Both the position numbers and the translations under genes were made by a program. 64,000 nt of DNA from Minisyncoccota bacterium (lineage in GTDB: Bacteria > Patescibacteriota > Minisyncoccia > Phycocordibacterales > UBA918): the NCBI GenBank assembly GCA_041389025.1, contig JAWKSP010000001.1, forward strand, positions 256,002 to 320,001, read 5' to 3'. This document shows positions 38,372 to 49,641 of this stretch, in pieces. The notes beneath the pieces are model-generated. The model was not told the DNA's origin and ran no database searches. It saw only the letters and a list, made by a program, of their open reading frames with translations. Every line of letters begins with the position of its first letter. Position 1 is the first letter of the stretch.

Positions 38372-39538
38372 CTATTTTGATTTAGATTCTTCCTTATCCT
38401 TTTTCTCTTTTGTATCTCTCTTTTCTTCACCACCTTCAAGCATTTTTAAAACTGCTTCATTTATCAAAATGGTAGAGACATAAGTTCGGACTCGATTCAC
38501 ATCTGCGTCTTTGTACATTTCTAATAATTCTTTTACTTGTCCTTCGACTAGGTCTTGGTTTGGTTTAATATCTTCTTTTTTAGCAATTTCATTTAAGATT
38601 AGTTGCAATTTAGCTCTTTTCTCAGCAGCTGGAGTCCATTCTTTTTGTAATTCTTCTTTAGTTTTTTTGATATGAGTTAAGTAGTCATCCATCTTTAAGT
38701 TAGAACGTTTTAAATCCTCTTCCATTTGCGCCAACATTTGTTGTAGTTCAGAGTCAATCAAAACCTGTGGCAATTGCATATCAGTCGCTTCAATAATTGC
38801 GTCGGTAATTTTGGCGCGGTGTTCGGTTTTTACTTCACGGGCTTTTTCGATTTCTAAATGTTCACGAAGTTTATTCTTAAAATCTTCAACTGTATTAAAT
38901 TGTCCTGGTTGACCAAGTGTCTTTACCAAATCATCAGTTAATTCTGGAATTTTTTCTTCATCATCTTTTTCTACTGTTTCTGGAGTCGGTAAGTCTGTAT
39001 CAGAGGTATTGGCAGAGGCTTTCTTTTGTAGTTTTTCGTAAGCCATCTTTTGACGTAGGATGTCTTTTATTTTAGTTTCCAATTCTTCATCGGTTACCTT
39101 ACTATCAGCTTTGTTCTGGTTAAAGCCGTCAGCAATATTTTGGTAATTTGGTAAATCAAATTTCGGTAAAATGGCCACAGTGGCGGTAAATGCTAGAGGG
39201 TTATTAGGAGCCATTTTGGTGATTTCAATCTTTGGATGACCAATCGCATCTATTTTGTGAGCTTCTAGGATGTGTGGGTAGAAATGTGACAAAGCACGTT
39301 CGGCCATTTCATTTAAAATAGCCATCTCACCGATGTGTTTTACCAAAACCGCTTCCGGTACATGACCTTTACGAAAACCATCAAGTTCAACATTCTTTCC
39401 TAAAGCTTTGATGGCGGTGCTTCTTTCTTTTAATAATTCTTCATAAGCGATTTCACCAGTTATTTTTACTTGTGAATTTTCCTCTTCAGTAACGGTAAAA
39501 TCCTTTTTAAAATCAATATTGTGTTCATGTGTAGACAT
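38372..39538 (-). CDS. tig: Trigger factor (PPIase domain apparently absent)
   Basis: GFRKGHVP ribosome-binding motif; C-terminal SurA-like region. Confidence 0.92.
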   Translation of the reverse strand: MSTHEHNIDFKKDFTVTEEENSQVKITGEIAYEELLKERSTAIKALGKNVELDGFRKGHVPEAVLVKHIGEMAILNEMAERALSHFYPHILEAHKIDAIGHPKIEITKMAPNNPLAFTATVAILPKFDLPNYQNIADGFNQNKADSKVTDEELETKIKDILRQKMAYEKLQKKASANTSDTDLPTPETVEKDDEEKIPELTDDLVKTLGQPGQFNTVEDFKNKLREHLEIEKAREVKTEHRAKITDAIIEATDMQLPQVLIDSELQQMLAQMEEDLKRSNLKMDDYLTHIKKTKEELQKEWTPAAEKRAKLQLILNEIAKKEDIKPNQDLVEGQVKELLEMYKDADVNRVRTYVSTILINEAVLKMLEGGEEKRDTKEKKDKEESKSK

Positions 39539-39604
39539 AGTATGGGCTAGTTTACGCATATCTCGTATAAATGCAACTATTTTATTTTTCAATTATTTAT
39601 TTAA

Positions 39605-39940
39605 TTATTCTCCCAATTCTCTTTCTATAGTTTGTAGTTCTAGAGTAAGTGAATCTAGGTTGGTGCTGTTTAGGTCAGCTTCAATCGCTTCTAGTTCATC
39701 GGAAGGACTCATAACTTTAAGACTATCTACTTGGGCGTAAGCAGTAGCGCTTTCTGGTTCTTTGTTTATTTCTGGAGATGGTCTCTCAGGAAGTATTTTA
39801 CTGATTGGTTGATTAGGTTTATCGGCCATTTTTATAATAAGTGTAACTAATATTAAAATAACAATTATCGCAAAAATTATTAGTTGACGCTTGGTAATTT
39901 TAAATTCAGTGAATTCATCGATTTTAATTTTTTCTTTCAT
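39605..39940 (-). CDS. Single-TM hypothetical protein
   Basis: TM followed by SDELEAIEADL acidic tail. Confidence 0.75.
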   Translation of the reverse strand: MKEKIKIDEFTEFKITKRQLIIFAIIVILILVTLIIKMADKPNQPISKILPERPSPEINKEPESATAYAQVDSLKVMSPSDELEAIEADLNSTNLDSLTLELQTIERELGE

Positions 39941-39944
39941 GTAT

Positions 39945-40691
39945 TTATTGTTCTGATTGACTTACTTCGGTTTCTGAATATTCCTCTACGGTACTGTTTA
40001 TTTGAAATGTTTCGGCTGCTGGGGTTTGTTTTAAATCATTAACGATTTTTATTAATTTACTTTGATTTTCTAATACTATTTTTTCAGTGGCTTGGTATGA
40101 GGTTTTGGGTACTGACCAAGTCTCTTTGGGTTTATCTGAGGTGACAGCCTCGTATACTTCAAGGTTAATTTGACTCATAATTGATTTGGCTTCAGTTAAA
40201 TTATCTTTAATTAAAGTTAGTTCTAGTCTTGCTTCACTAACATTTCGACCGGTTTGTTCTAGTTTGTTTATTCGTCTTTCTAATCTAGTAATAATTTTTT
40301 CATGACGGTAGAGAGCGGCGTCCAAGCGGTTACTTACATTGGCGGCGAGGTTTAAAATCCGTTTTTGTTTTTCAATGTCTAAAGCAGATTTTGTTACAGT
40401 CGTTTCGTCCAAATTTTCTTTTGGTAGTGGAGTTATTTCTTGGTTTTCGGATTGATTTTCTGTAGTGGTAGCTAAACCTTCACTGCTAGTATTGGTCGTG
40501 GTACTGGTTTCTTTTGTTATTTCTATTGTTTCTAATTGTTCATTTTTAGTTACGTCCTCAATGGTATCTGTAGTAGTAGATATTTCTTCCGCTTGACTGA
40601 TGAGGGTAAAGTAAAAAAATATAAATATAGATAATAAAACCAAAAAAAATGTTAACAAAAGGCGGTTTGATTTTAAGTTATTTTTGTTCAT
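39945..40691 (-). CDS. Secreted or anchored coiled-coil hypothetical protein
   Basis: N-terminal TM, Thr-rich linker, coiled coil. Confidence 0.75.
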   Translation of the reverse strand: MNKNNLKSNRLLLTFFLVLLSIFIFFYFTLISQAEEISTTTDTIEDVTKNEQLETIEITKETSTTTNTSSEGLATTTENQSENQEITPLPKENLDETTVTKSALDIEKQKRILNLAANVSNRLDAALYRHEKIITRLERRINKLEQTGRNVSEARLELTLIKDNLTEAKSIMSQINLEVYEAVTSDKPKETWSVPKTSYQATEKIVLENQSKLIKIVNDLKQTPAAETFQINSTVEEYSETEVSQSEQ

Positions 40692-40823
40692 CTTTAAATT
40701 TTAACAAGGATATCAATCCTTGCAAAAATATTTTAAGTGACAAAAATTTAAGGTAGATAATTTGAATACATAAAGGCCGGAAAGCTTCGCTTTCCGGCCT
40801 TTATACTTTTCTTCAAAAGATTA

Positions 40824-41345
40824 TTATTTCTTACTTTCTTTGTATAGTTCACGACTCTTATCAAAAGCTTTCATAGCTTCATCCTTGCCGTGCCAAGCTC
40901 CGATTGATACTTCTTTATTTTGAATTTTTTTGTAGGTCTCAAAGAAGTGAGTCATTTCTTTAATGAAATGCTTATTGATATCTTTTAGGTCATTTATTTC
41001 TTCAAAGCGCGGATCATCGGCCGGTACCGCTACTACTTTGTCGTCTCTTTCGCCACCGTCAGTCATCTCCATAATAGCGATTGGACGAGCTTTGACCAGT
41101 ATACCGGGAGCTAATGGGTAAGTGGTTAAAACCACTACATCCAAAGCATCGCCATCATCAAACAAAGTTTGTGGCACAAAACCATAGTCAAATGGATAAT
41201 CTTGAGCGGTATGCATCACACGATCAAGAGCAATCATACCAGTCTCTTTATCAATCTCGTACTTGTTTTTTGAGAATTTAGGAATTTCGATAATAACGTT
41301 CATTATTTCCTTAGTACCTGGAGCAACATCGTGTAGTAAGTTCAT
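40824..41345 (-). CDS. ppa: Inorganic pyrophosphatase (family I)
   Basis: KYEIDK, YGFVPQT, DGDALDV, DDK. Confidence 0.97.
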   Translation of the reverse strand: MNLLHDVAPGTKEIMNVIIEIPKFSKNKYEIDKETGMIALDRVMHTAQDYPFDYGFVPQTLFDDGDALDVVVLTTYPLAPGILVKARPIAIMEMTDGGERDDKVVAVPADDPRFEEINDLKDINKHFIKEMTHFFETYKKIQNKEVSIGAWHGKDEAMKAFDKSRELYKESKK

Positions 41346-41358
41346 AGTTTGTTTATTA

Positions 41359-42750
41359 TTAGTTTTTTTCTAATTCTGCTTCTGCTTCTTCTGGAGTATC
41401 TATTTCATCGGCTTCATCGTCATCAGGGTTAGTATCACGGTCGCTAGTTGGTTCGTCTTCATCTGGTAATTCTGGTTTGGTGGTGGTGGCGTCTTCATTT
41501 TCTAGCACGTCTTCGTCGCTACCAACTGGAGTATCTTCATCGGCTTCTAGTTCTACATTACCACTTTCATCAGCCGTGGCTAATTCTTCACCACCTTGAG
41601 CTGAAATGATATCGATTTTCCAACCGGTTAGTTTGGCAGCTAGACGTACATTTTGTCCACCACGGCCAATTGCCAAAGATTGTTGGTCGTTAGTAACGGT
41701 AGCAATTGCGTGTCCTCGTTCATGATTTTTTTCATCCGGTTCAGCAACGATTTCTATTCCTATCACTTGAGCTGGTGATAAAGCATCTTCGATAAACTCA
41801 GCTGGATCAGCCGACCATTCAATGATGTCAATTTTTTCTCCACCTAATTCACTCATCACGGTAGATACTCGTACTCCACGCTGACCAACCATTGAACCAA
41901 CCGGATCGATGTGATCATCGTTAGCAAAGACCGCAATTTTTGATCGAGAACCAGCCTCTCTAGCTACCGCTTTTACTTCTACGGTGCCATTTTGTAGTTC
42001 TGGTGCTTCAATCGCAAACAAACCAGTTAAGAAATCAGCGTGGGCGCGAGAAAGTTTAAGGAAAATTCCGCGCGGAGTTTCTTCAACGGCTAGCAAAATA
42101 GCGCGAATTCTTTCCCCTGGTTTAAATCGTTCGCCAGGAATTTGCTCGTCATAAGGCATGACGGCCGTTACTCGTCCTAAATCAACATATAAATTTCCAC
42201 GTTCAAAACGCTGTACATGACCAATTACGATGTCGCCAGCTTTTTGGCCAAACTCAGCTAAAGCTGATTCTTTTTCAGCCTCACGAATTTTTTGTACAAT
42301 TACTTGCTTGGCAGTTTGGGCGGCGATACGACCAAAATCGTCTTTTGATTCCAGTGGGAAAGTTAATTCTTCACCAGCCCCGACATCTTTTTTGATCATG
42401 CGAGCAGTATTGAGCATAATATGCTTTTCTTCATCAAAGCGGACACGAGTGTCTTCCTCGTCACTTTCTTCTTCTGTTTTTGCTTCAGTACTAGCTGTTT
42501 CGTCATCTTCATCTTCGTCAGCTTCCGGCTTGAGCATACTCTCATCTACTACTATCTTTACTTGCTCGAAAGTCACATCACCGGTATTTAAATCAAAGTC
42601 GGCGGTAATAATCTGACCCTTTTTACCAAATTCTTTTTTGTAGGCGGTAGCGAGAGATTGCTCGATGGCGTCGATCATCTTTTCTCGCGGAATACCGCGT
42701 TCTTCTTCCAATTCAGACAAAACAGAGTTAATTACTTTTAAGTCAAACAT
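41359..42750 (-). CDS. nusA: Transcription termination/antitermination factor NusA
   Basis: FGRIAAQTAKQV, AREAGSRSK, AIGRGGQNVRLA. Confidence 0.98.
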   Translation of the reverse strand: MFDLKVINSVLSELEEERGIPREKMIDAIEQSLATAYKKEFGKKGQIITADFDLNTGDVTFEQVKIVVDESMLKPEADEDEDDETASTEAKTEEESDEEDTRVRFDEEKHIMLNTARMIKKDVGAGEELTFPLESKDDFGRIAAQTAKQVIVQKIREAEKESALAEFGQKAGDIVIGHVQRFERGNLYVDLGRVTAVMPYDEQIPGERFKPGERIRAILLAVEETPRGIFLKLSRAHADFLTGLFAIEAPELQNGTVEVKAVAREAGSRSKIAVFANDDHIDPVGSMVGQRGVRVSTVMSELGGEKIDIIEWSADPAEFIEDALSPAQVIGIEIVAEPDEKNHERGHAIATVTNDQQSLAIGRGGQNVRLAAKLTGWKIDIISAQGGEELATADESGNVELEADEDTPVGSDEDVLENEDATTTKPELPDEDEPTSDRDTNPDDDEADEIDTPEEAEAELEKN

Positions 42751-42966
42751 AATCGTTATTTAAATTAATAAAATCAATAAATTCAAAAAAATTCCTAAAT
42801 CTCCACGAAGAATGCCCGGCGGACGCCGAGCATTCAATCAGTAGTTGTATTATAGACTAATTTTAAGGAAAGTAAAGTACGACTAAAATATTGACGGCTT
42901 TGACGCAATAAGTGATATTAGGCTAAGGAAAGGAGTTTGTTTATTAAAATTTGTGAGAGTAGAGAA

Positions 42967-43260
42967 ATGAACGGTAATCGATTTTCTGTTTTTCTAAGAA
43001 CTATAAATACTGGCGTGGTTGGTTTGTGGCCGAGGTTTAAATTTAAAAGAGCTTTTCATCGGATTCAATTAGCTTTATTCAACTTGATGTTTTCTTTTAT
43101 CACGATTGAAAAAGACAAAAGGGAACGCCGTAAAAAATATGGTAGAGCGGTAGCGCAAATTGCTAAAGGTTTTTCTTATATCTTGATTATCATTTTTTTG
43201 ATAACTATTATCCCAGGTTCATTCGTATTTATTGGTTCGTTGATAATTGTACTGTTTTAA
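42967..43260 (+). CDS. Small membrane protein
   Basis: Basic N-terminus, hydrophobic C-terminus; TTGACG promoter-like site upstream. Confidence 0.55.
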   Translation: MNGNRFSVFLRTINTGVVGLWPRFKFKRAFHRIQLALFNLMFSFITIEKDKRERRKKYGRAVAQIAKGFSYILIIIFLITIIPGSFVFIGSLIIVLF

Positions 43261-43313
43261 AAAACCGCTTTGGACAAAGTCCAAAGCGGTTTTATTAAAT
43301 TTTCTTAAATAAT

Positions 43314-44033
43314 TTACAGTACTTTTAACTCTAAACTGTAAAAACCAATTAAAAAGAATATTAAAGCCAGAGTAGCTAGCCCTAAAAAGACTACCAGCGC
43401 GGCCTTAGATCCCGTTTTCTTTTCATAGTTTACTATCGAGAAAATAGTTGAAGCTAAGACCATAATAAAACCTGAAACTAAAAATTTGTTGTATACATTT
43501 AAACTGTACAAAAATGGTACAGATGTTAAAAAAAACAACAGTATATTGGTCCCAACCAATATTTCCGGTGAATCTGCTAGACTTTTATACCGCTTAGTTT
43601 TAAACAGGTATAACAGCGATAAAAAGTAGATGGATAAGCCTCCTGTTGCTAATAGGGTAATAAATAAAATGACGTTAAGAGTGGGCTCGCTTTCAGATAT
43701 TTCATAACCAACTTTGATTATTTCACTGCTATCAGTTTGGTATTTGTATTCCTGCCATGAACAAATTTTTTTAAACTTCACCAAATCCACTTTTTCATTC
43801 AGGCATTGCTCATTATGGTAGATAATTTCATCAGGTTTACTCAAAGCCTCTATTATAGTAGTTGGCTTTTGATTGATTTCTTTTGGTACTGTTACCTCAG
43901 AAACCTCTCCGTAAAGTATCACTTTTTTTCCGTTAATATCTTTTCCTACCTTAACCTTTGTTTCAGCTATAACAGTAGGACAGATAAGGAAAAATACCGA
44001 AAACAATAATACAAAATTATATTTTTTCATCAC
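43314..44033 (-). CDS. Membrane protein with signal peptide
   Basis: Signal peptide plus four C-terminal TM helices; AAGGAG SD. Confidence 0.7.
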   Translation of the reverse strand: MMKKYNFVLLFSVFFLICPTVIAETKVKVGKDINGKKVILYGEVSEVTVPKEINQKPTTIIEALSKPDEIIYHNEQCLNEKVDLVKFKKICSWQEYKYQTDSSEIIKVGYEISESEPTLNVILFITLLATGGLSIYFLSLLYLFKTKRYKSLADSPEILVGTNILLFFLTSVPFLYSLNVYNKFLVSGFIMVLASTIFSIVNYEKKTGSKAALVVFLGLATLALIFFLIGFYSLELKVL

Positions 44034-44222
44034 ACTTCTCCTTGGATGATTTTATAGAGGAACTACTTTAGAAGCTTTTTTAGCATAGTTATTATAAAAC
44101 GACAATAGTTACGTAAGTTACGTAGTTATGTTTTTTATTAGTAATTGAAATCTGTGTAAATTTTTGGTTAGTAAGAAAACTTTAATGTTAGAATAAAAGA
44201 GTAAGAAGCTCTAAAAAGCTCT

Positions 44223-45986
44223 TTGGGAATTGTTGTGCGTATAAAAGATGAACAACTTAAACGGTTTGTCCTGGACGCTAATCTGGTAAAAAAGTCCGAC
44301 ATTGAGTCAGCTGAGAAAGTAGCTAAGGAAGAAAGACGGACTTTGGCGGAGGCTTTGATTGCGGAAGGACATATGACCGAGGACGATATGCGACGAGTGG
44401 AGTCGTACGTGCTTGGTGTACCTTTTATTTCTTTAAAAGATGAAAAGATAGATTTTGAAGTTTTGTCACTGATTCCTGAGCCGGTTGCTCGCACTCACAA
44501 CATCATTGCTTATAAACTAAACGACAAACAGCTTGAGGTGGCTATGTTGGATACTGCCGATATGCCGGCAATTGATTTTGTAAAAAAGAAAGTCGGCTAC
44601 AAAATTTTGCCTCGCCTAACTGATAGTGAATCAATGCGAACGGCTTTGCGTCAGTATCAGAAAACTCTAAAAGATGAGTTTGGCGATATTATAATGAAAG
44701 ACGCTTCCGCTCTTAAGGTGGTAAGAGAAGAGGACGGGGAAGAGCTAAGTGAAAGTGATTTGAAGAAAATCGCTGAAGATTTGCCGGTGGTGCGTATTGT
44801 TGATACTTTACTTAGACATGCCATTATTCAAGGTGCGTCCGATATTCATATTGAGCCAGGGGAAGAGGAGGTGATTGTCCGATATCGTATTGATGGTATT
44901 TTAAATGATGCAATGAAACTACCCAAGCACGCTGCTGGTACTATAGTGGCTAGAGTTAAGGTTTTATCAAACCTTAAGTTAGACCAAAAACGTCTACCGC
45001 AAGACGGTCGATTTAAAATGAAAATGGACGGGCAAAAGGTTTCTTTCCGAGTTTCGGTTTTGCCGGTGTTTTACGGTGAAAAGATAGTAATGCGCCTTTT
45101 GCGAGAAAATCGCGCTGGTTTTTCGTTGGAAGGTATTGGATTTCACGGCAGTACTTTAGAGCGGGTACACAAAGCCACTCGCGCCACCACTGGAATAATT
45201 TTAGTGACGGGACCAACTGGTTCCGGAAAATCCACCACTTTGTATACGGTACTGGATATTTTAAATACTCCGGAAGTAAACATATCTACTATTGAAGATC
45301 CGATTGAGTATCAAATGGCGAGAGTAAATCAAAGTCAAGTTAAGCCGGATATTGGCTTTACTTTTGCGGCCGGCTTACGTTCTTTGATGCGTCAGGATCC
45401 GGACATTATTATGGTTGGTGAGATTCGTGATGAAGAGACTGCCAGTCTAGCTATCAACGCCGCCCTTACCGGCCACTTGGTTTTGGCTACTGTGCATACC
45501 AATTCTGCTTCCGGTACCGTAGCTCGTTTGATTGATATGGGAGTGGAATCTTTCTTATTGGTTTCTACTTTGCGAGTAGCGGTTGGGCAACGATTGGTGA
45601 GAAGATTGGCTGATGACAAAATCGCTTATACTTTAAGTAAGGCAGAAAGAGATGAACTTGGTGAGCATGTTGATTTGGACATTATTATGGATACTTTGAA
45701 GGAAGAGAAGATTGTTAAAGAAAATGCCACTTGGAACGATATTCAATTCTTTAAACCTAAAGAAAAAGGAGAAACAGAAGATGGTTATCATGGTCGAATG
45801 GGGATTCATGAAGTATTAGAGATCTCTTCTACTATAAAAGATATGGTGATCACCGGCAAAACCAGTGACGAGATTGAAAAACAAGCTCGTAAAGAAGGCA
45901 TGCTAACCATGATGGAAGACGGTATTTACAAAGCGGCTCGGGGACTAACCAGTATTGAGGAGGTGTTTAGGGTAATTAACGAATAA
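44223..45986 (+). CDS. pilB: Type IV pilus assembly ATPase PilB/GspE
   Basis: GPTGSGKST, TIEDPIE, RQDPDIIMVGEIRD, TGHLV. Confidence 0.95.
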   Translation: MGIVVRIKDEQLKRFVLDANLVKKSDIESAEKVAKEERRTLAEALIAEGHMTEDDMRRVESYVLGVPFISLKDEKIDFEVLSLIPEPVARTHNIIAYKLNDKQLEVAMLDTADMPAIDFVKKKVGYKILPRLTDSESMRTALRQYQKTLKDEFGDIIMKDASALKVVREEDGEELSESDLKKIAEDLPVVRIVDTLLRHAIIQGASDIHIEPGEEEVIVRYRIDGILNDAMKLPKHAAGTIVARVKVLSNLKLDQKRLPQDGRFKMKMDGQKVSFRVSVLPVFYGEKIVMRLLRENRAGFSLEGIGFHGSTLERVHKATRATTGIILVTGPTGSGKSTTLYTVLDILNTPEVNISTIEDPIEYQMARVNQSQVKPDIGFTFAAGLRSLMRQDPDIIMVGEIRDEETASLAINAALTGHLVLATVHTNSASGTVARLIDMGVESFLLVSTLRVAVGQRLVRRLADDKIAYTLSKAERDELGEHVDLDIIMDTLKEEKIVKENATWNDIQFFKPKEKGETEDGYHGRMGIHEVLEISSTIKDMVITGKTSDEIEKQARKEGMLTMMEDGIYKAARGLTSIEEVFRVINE

Positions 45987-45996
45987 TTATACATTT

Positions 45997-47223
45997 ATGC
46001 CTATTTTTAAATACACTGGAGAGGACAAAGAAGGAAACAGGGTAATTGAAACGGTAGAAGCGGACGATCGGTACGCGGTTTATGACATAGCCAGACAAGC
46101 GGGACATAGAGTTTCTGGTGTGGAAGAGGGTGGTGGTGGATTTAGAAAATTTATTGATGTTGAAAAAATAAATTCCTACCTAAGTCGTGTGTCGGCTGAT
46201 GAAAAAATAATTATTACCAGAAATCTGGGTTCAATGATAAGTGCTGGACTTACTGTAACCCGCGCTTTGTCAGTGATACAGCGACAAACCGAAAACCCCC
46301 GTCTTAAGCAAATAATATCTAAATTAATCGAACAAATAGAAAACGGAAAACAGTTTTATGAAGCTTTAGGTGATTTTAGAGACACGTTCGGTGACATGTA
46401 TATTGCCATGGTAAAGGCTGGTGAGGAAGGTGGAAAGTTGGCGGAAGCTCTACAGACACTGGCTGTTCAGATGGAGCGCTCCAACAATCTGACAAAAAAA
46501 GTAAAAGGAGCAATGATTTATCCGGCTATAGTTATTCTAGTCATGATAATCATAGCAGTCTTGATGATGATTTATGTAATGCCACAAATTACTGGTGTGT
46601 TTAAAAACATGAATATGGATTTACCGGCTACAACTGTGTTTTTAATTGGCACCAGTGATTTCTTTGTTGAACATACGGTTTTGGCTTTAGGTAGTATTGT
46701 GGGAGTGGTAATCGGATTTATTTATTTTTTACGCAGCCAAATCGGCAAGTTTTCTATGTCTTGGCTCGTTACTAGGTTACCTGTCATTGGTACTATGGCC
46801 AAAGAGACCAACGCCGCCAGAACCGCTCGTACTTTGTCTTCGTTACTTAACTCCGGAGTGGATGTGATGCAGTCAATAGAAATTACTGAAGAGGTTGTGC
46901 AAAACGTATTTTACAAACGAATATTGAGTGAAGCTCGAGCTAGAGTAGAAAAAGGTACGCCATTATCAGAGATTTTTATTGAAAGAAAAGATTTGTATCC
47001 AGTTTTGGTGGGTGAAATGATTCTGGTAGGAGAAGAAACCGGACAAATTTCCGGTATGTTGGGAGAGTTGGCAGTGTTTTATGAAACGGAAGTAGAAAGA
47101 AAGACTAAAGATTTATCGACCATCATTGAACCACTCTTGATGGTGGTAATTGGTGTAGCGGTTGGTTTCTTTGCTTTGGCATTAATAGCACCTATCTATT
47201 CTATTTCAGACGGCTTGCAATAA
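45997..47223 (+). CDS. pilC: Type IV pilus platform protein PilC/GspF
   Basis: AGEEGGKL, AMIYP, GEETG, IEP. Confidence 0.95.
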   Translation: MPIFKYTGEDKEGNRVIETVEADDRYAVYDIARQAGHRVSGVEEGGGGFRKFIDVEKINSYLSRVSADEKIIITRNLGSMISAGLTVTRALSVIQRQTENPRLKQIISKLIEQIENGKQFYEALGDFRDTFGDMYIAMVKAGEEGGKLAEALQTLAVQMERSNNLTKKVKGAMIYPAIVILVMIIIAVLMMIYVMPQITGVFKNMNMDLPATTVFLIGTSDFFVEHTVLALGSIVGVVIGFIYFLRSQIGKFSMSWLVTRLPVIGTMAKETNAARTARTLSSLLNSGVDVMQSIEITEEVVQNVFYKRILSEARARVEKGTPLSEIFIERKDLYPVLVGEMILVGEETGQISGMLGELAVFYETEVERKTKDLSTIIEPLLMVVIGVAVGFFALALIAPIYSISDGLQ

Positions 47224-47230
47224 AACCTAT

Positions 47231-48973
47231 ATGTTTAAAAAAACGTTAAGCAAAAAAGGATTCTCATTGGTAGAGGTTTTGGTGGTGTCTGCGATATTGG
47301 TGTTGGTTTTTGGTGGTTTGTTTACCGCTTTTAATCATTCGTTAAAACTAATTGCCGAATCGCGTGCTAAGTTGACCGCTTTGTCTTTAGTTACTGACCG
47401 TTTAGAGTATCTTCGCTCTCTACCGTACGACGATGTTGGTACTGTGTCTGGGATACCGACTGGTTTGATTCCACAGAATCGTACGATAAATTTAAACGAT
47501 TTGGATTTTGATGAGCGAGTTTTGATTGAATACGTTGATGATCCGGCTGATGGTACTGGTGCGTCTGATAATAATGGTATTTTAGCTGACTATAAAAAGA
47601 TAAAAATTGAATATTCTTGGACAATAAACGGCACAAATCATTCCTTTTTTATGATCAGCAACGTAGTCCCACGTTCTATTGAGTCGACGGCCGGTGGTGG
47701 TTCACTCAGGGTGAATGTGTTTGACGCTAATGTATCTCCTTTGTCTGGGATTGATGTGCGTCTATACAATAACACTACGACTTCCACTATTGATGTTACT
47801 AGAAGTACTGACGCAAGTGGAGTTGCTTTGTTTACTGGTGCTCCGGCGGCCTCTAATTATCAAATATTTGTATCAGCCAATGGATATTCCTCCGATCAAA
47901 CGAGACAAGCCACTACATCATTACCAAACCCTAGTACTTTACCAATTTCAATTTTGGAAGGTGACGTTTCAACGATGAATTTTCAGGTCGACAAAGTTAG
48001 CGATTTAAGTTTTGAATTATTGACTAACCGTTCGATTATGAGCGAAATCGAGCAATTTAATAATTTTTCAGGTACTTCGGTAGTTTCAAGTACGACGATT
48101 TCCGGTGGTAACTTAGTCCTAACTGACAATAGTGGTATCTATGATAGTTCTGGTTATGTTATGCTTGATCCGAATACTCCAAGTTCTTTAGTGAATTGGG
48201 GAGTGGTAGGAGTTACCGCTCTTACTCCAACTGATACTGATGTTAAGATAAGATTTTATACGTCAACCTCAACCAGCGATTTGGTGCCTGATGGTGATTT
48301 ACCTGGTAATTCAATTGGTTTTTCTGATCGATATATTGATTTAAGAGAACTTGATCCTGCAACTTATCCAACTTTAGTGGTCGGGGTGTTTTTGAGTACA
48401 TCTGACACATCAGTATCACCAACTGTTGATGAAATTAATCTACCTTACGTTGATAGTGTTAGTTATTTGTCTGGATTTACCGCTAATATAAGAGGGGATA
48501 AAACCATCGGTACTTTAGTTGATGCTTCACCGGTTTACAAATATGATATTAGTACTACCACTGATACATTGGGTAGGATTGATTTAAAAGATATAGAGTG
48601 GGATGTCTACACATTATCACTCGGTGGATTTTATGTGGTAAAAGATGCTTGTCCAGCTAGTCCATACAACTTATCTCCAAATACAGCAGAGCAAGCCACT
48701 TATCTGTTGTCACCGACTACCGCCAATAGTTTACGACTTAAAGTAGTTGATGTGTCTGGTGATGCAATAATTGGTGCGACTGTCGAACTAATTAAGTCTG
48801 GATTGTCACAAGGGTTCGCGTACACCAGTTGGTGCGGACAAGTTTACTTTGATGGATTAGCTAGTGATACCGATTATGAACTTAATATTTCTGCTAATGA
48901 ATATATTTCACAAAATATTTCACCTTATTCAATAAGTAACACACAAGTTGAAGAAATTATTTTGTTACAATAG
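47231..48973 (+). CDS. Large prepilin-type protein with carboxypeptidase-regulatory-like beta domains
   Basis: KKG^FSLVE cleavage/methylation motif. Confidence 0.85.
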   Translation: MFKKTLSKKGFSLVEVLVVSAILVLVFGGLFTAFNHSLKLIAESRAKLTALSLVTDRLEYLRSLPYDDVGTVSGIPTGLIPQNRTINLNDLDFDERVLIEYVDDPADGTGASDNNGILADYKKIKIEYSWTINGTNHSFFMISNVVPRSIESTAGGGSLRVNVFDANVSPLSGIDVRLYNNTTTSTIDVTRSTDASGVALFTGAPAASNYQIFVSANGYSSDQTRQATTSLPNPSTLPISILEGDVSTMNFQVDKVSDLSFELLTNRSIMSEIEQFNNFSGTSVVSSTTISGGNLVLTDNSGIYDSSGYVMLDPNTPSSLVNWGVVGVTALTPTDTDVKIRFYTSTSTSDLVPDGDLPGNSIGFSDRYIDLRELDPATYPTLVVGVFLSTSDTSVSPTVDEINLPYVDSVSYLSGFTANIRGDKTIGTLVDASPVYKYDISTTTDTLGRIDLKDIEWDVYTLSLGGFYVVKDACPASPYNLSPNTAEQATYLLSPTTANSLRLKVVDVSGDAIIGATVELIKSGLSQGFAYTSWCGQVYFDGLASDTDYELNISANEYISQNISPYSISNTQVEEIILLQ

Positions 48974-48994
48974 AATTGAAGTAAGGGTTTTATT

Positions 48995-49630
48995 ATGAAT
49001 ATCTCTAAATCAAGTTTTTTTGATAAGTTAAACTTAAAAAGAGGATTTACTTTAGCTGAGACGATAATTATCATCAGTTTGTATACCATATTGAGCTTGG
49101 CTATCTTTAGTGCTGTTTTTTATCTATATCAATCAAATTCATACACCATAGATCAGTCAAATGAAGTAGAAAACGCCAGAAAAGGTCTTTATGTGTGGTT
49201 GGATGATGTAAAAGAAATGAATTTTGCCGATGATGGTGCTTTTCCGTTGGCTTTGATGGATACCAATCAGATGGGTTTTTATAGTGATATAGATGATGAT
49301 CCGTCGGTTGAATACATCGAGTACATATTATCTACCACCACTCTTTATAAACGGGTGTATGAGGCTTCCGGCTATCCACCGGTTTACAATTTTGCTACAT
49401 CATCTAAGGTTGAGACTTTATCAGAATACGTACAAAACATTGACCAAGGAATTGAAACTTTTACTTATTTTGATACCGATGGAGTGAAATTATCTACCAC
49501 CACCGGCCTTCTGACTGACGTTAGATACTTTGAGGTAAATATAGTGGTCAATATTGACCCGCTTCGCTCGCCAGGTGAATTTCTTTTACAAAGTGGGGCT
49601 GTGCCAAGAAACTTAAAAGATAACCTATAG
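48995..49630 (+). CDS. Minor pilin (PilW/GspJ-like)
   Basis: KRG^FTLAE motif. Confidence 0.85.
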   Translation: MNISKSSFFDKLNLKRGFTLAETIIIISLYTILSLAIFSAVFYLYQSNSYTIDQSNEVENARKGLYVWLDDVKEMNFADDGAFPLALMDTNQMGFYSDIDDDPSVEYIEYILSTTTLYKRVYEASGYPPVYNFATSSKVETLSEYVQNIDQGIETFTYFDTDGVKLSTTTGLLTDVRYFEVNIVVNIDPLRSPGEFLLQSGAVPRNLKDNL

Positions 49631-49641
49631 CAAATTTTTAT

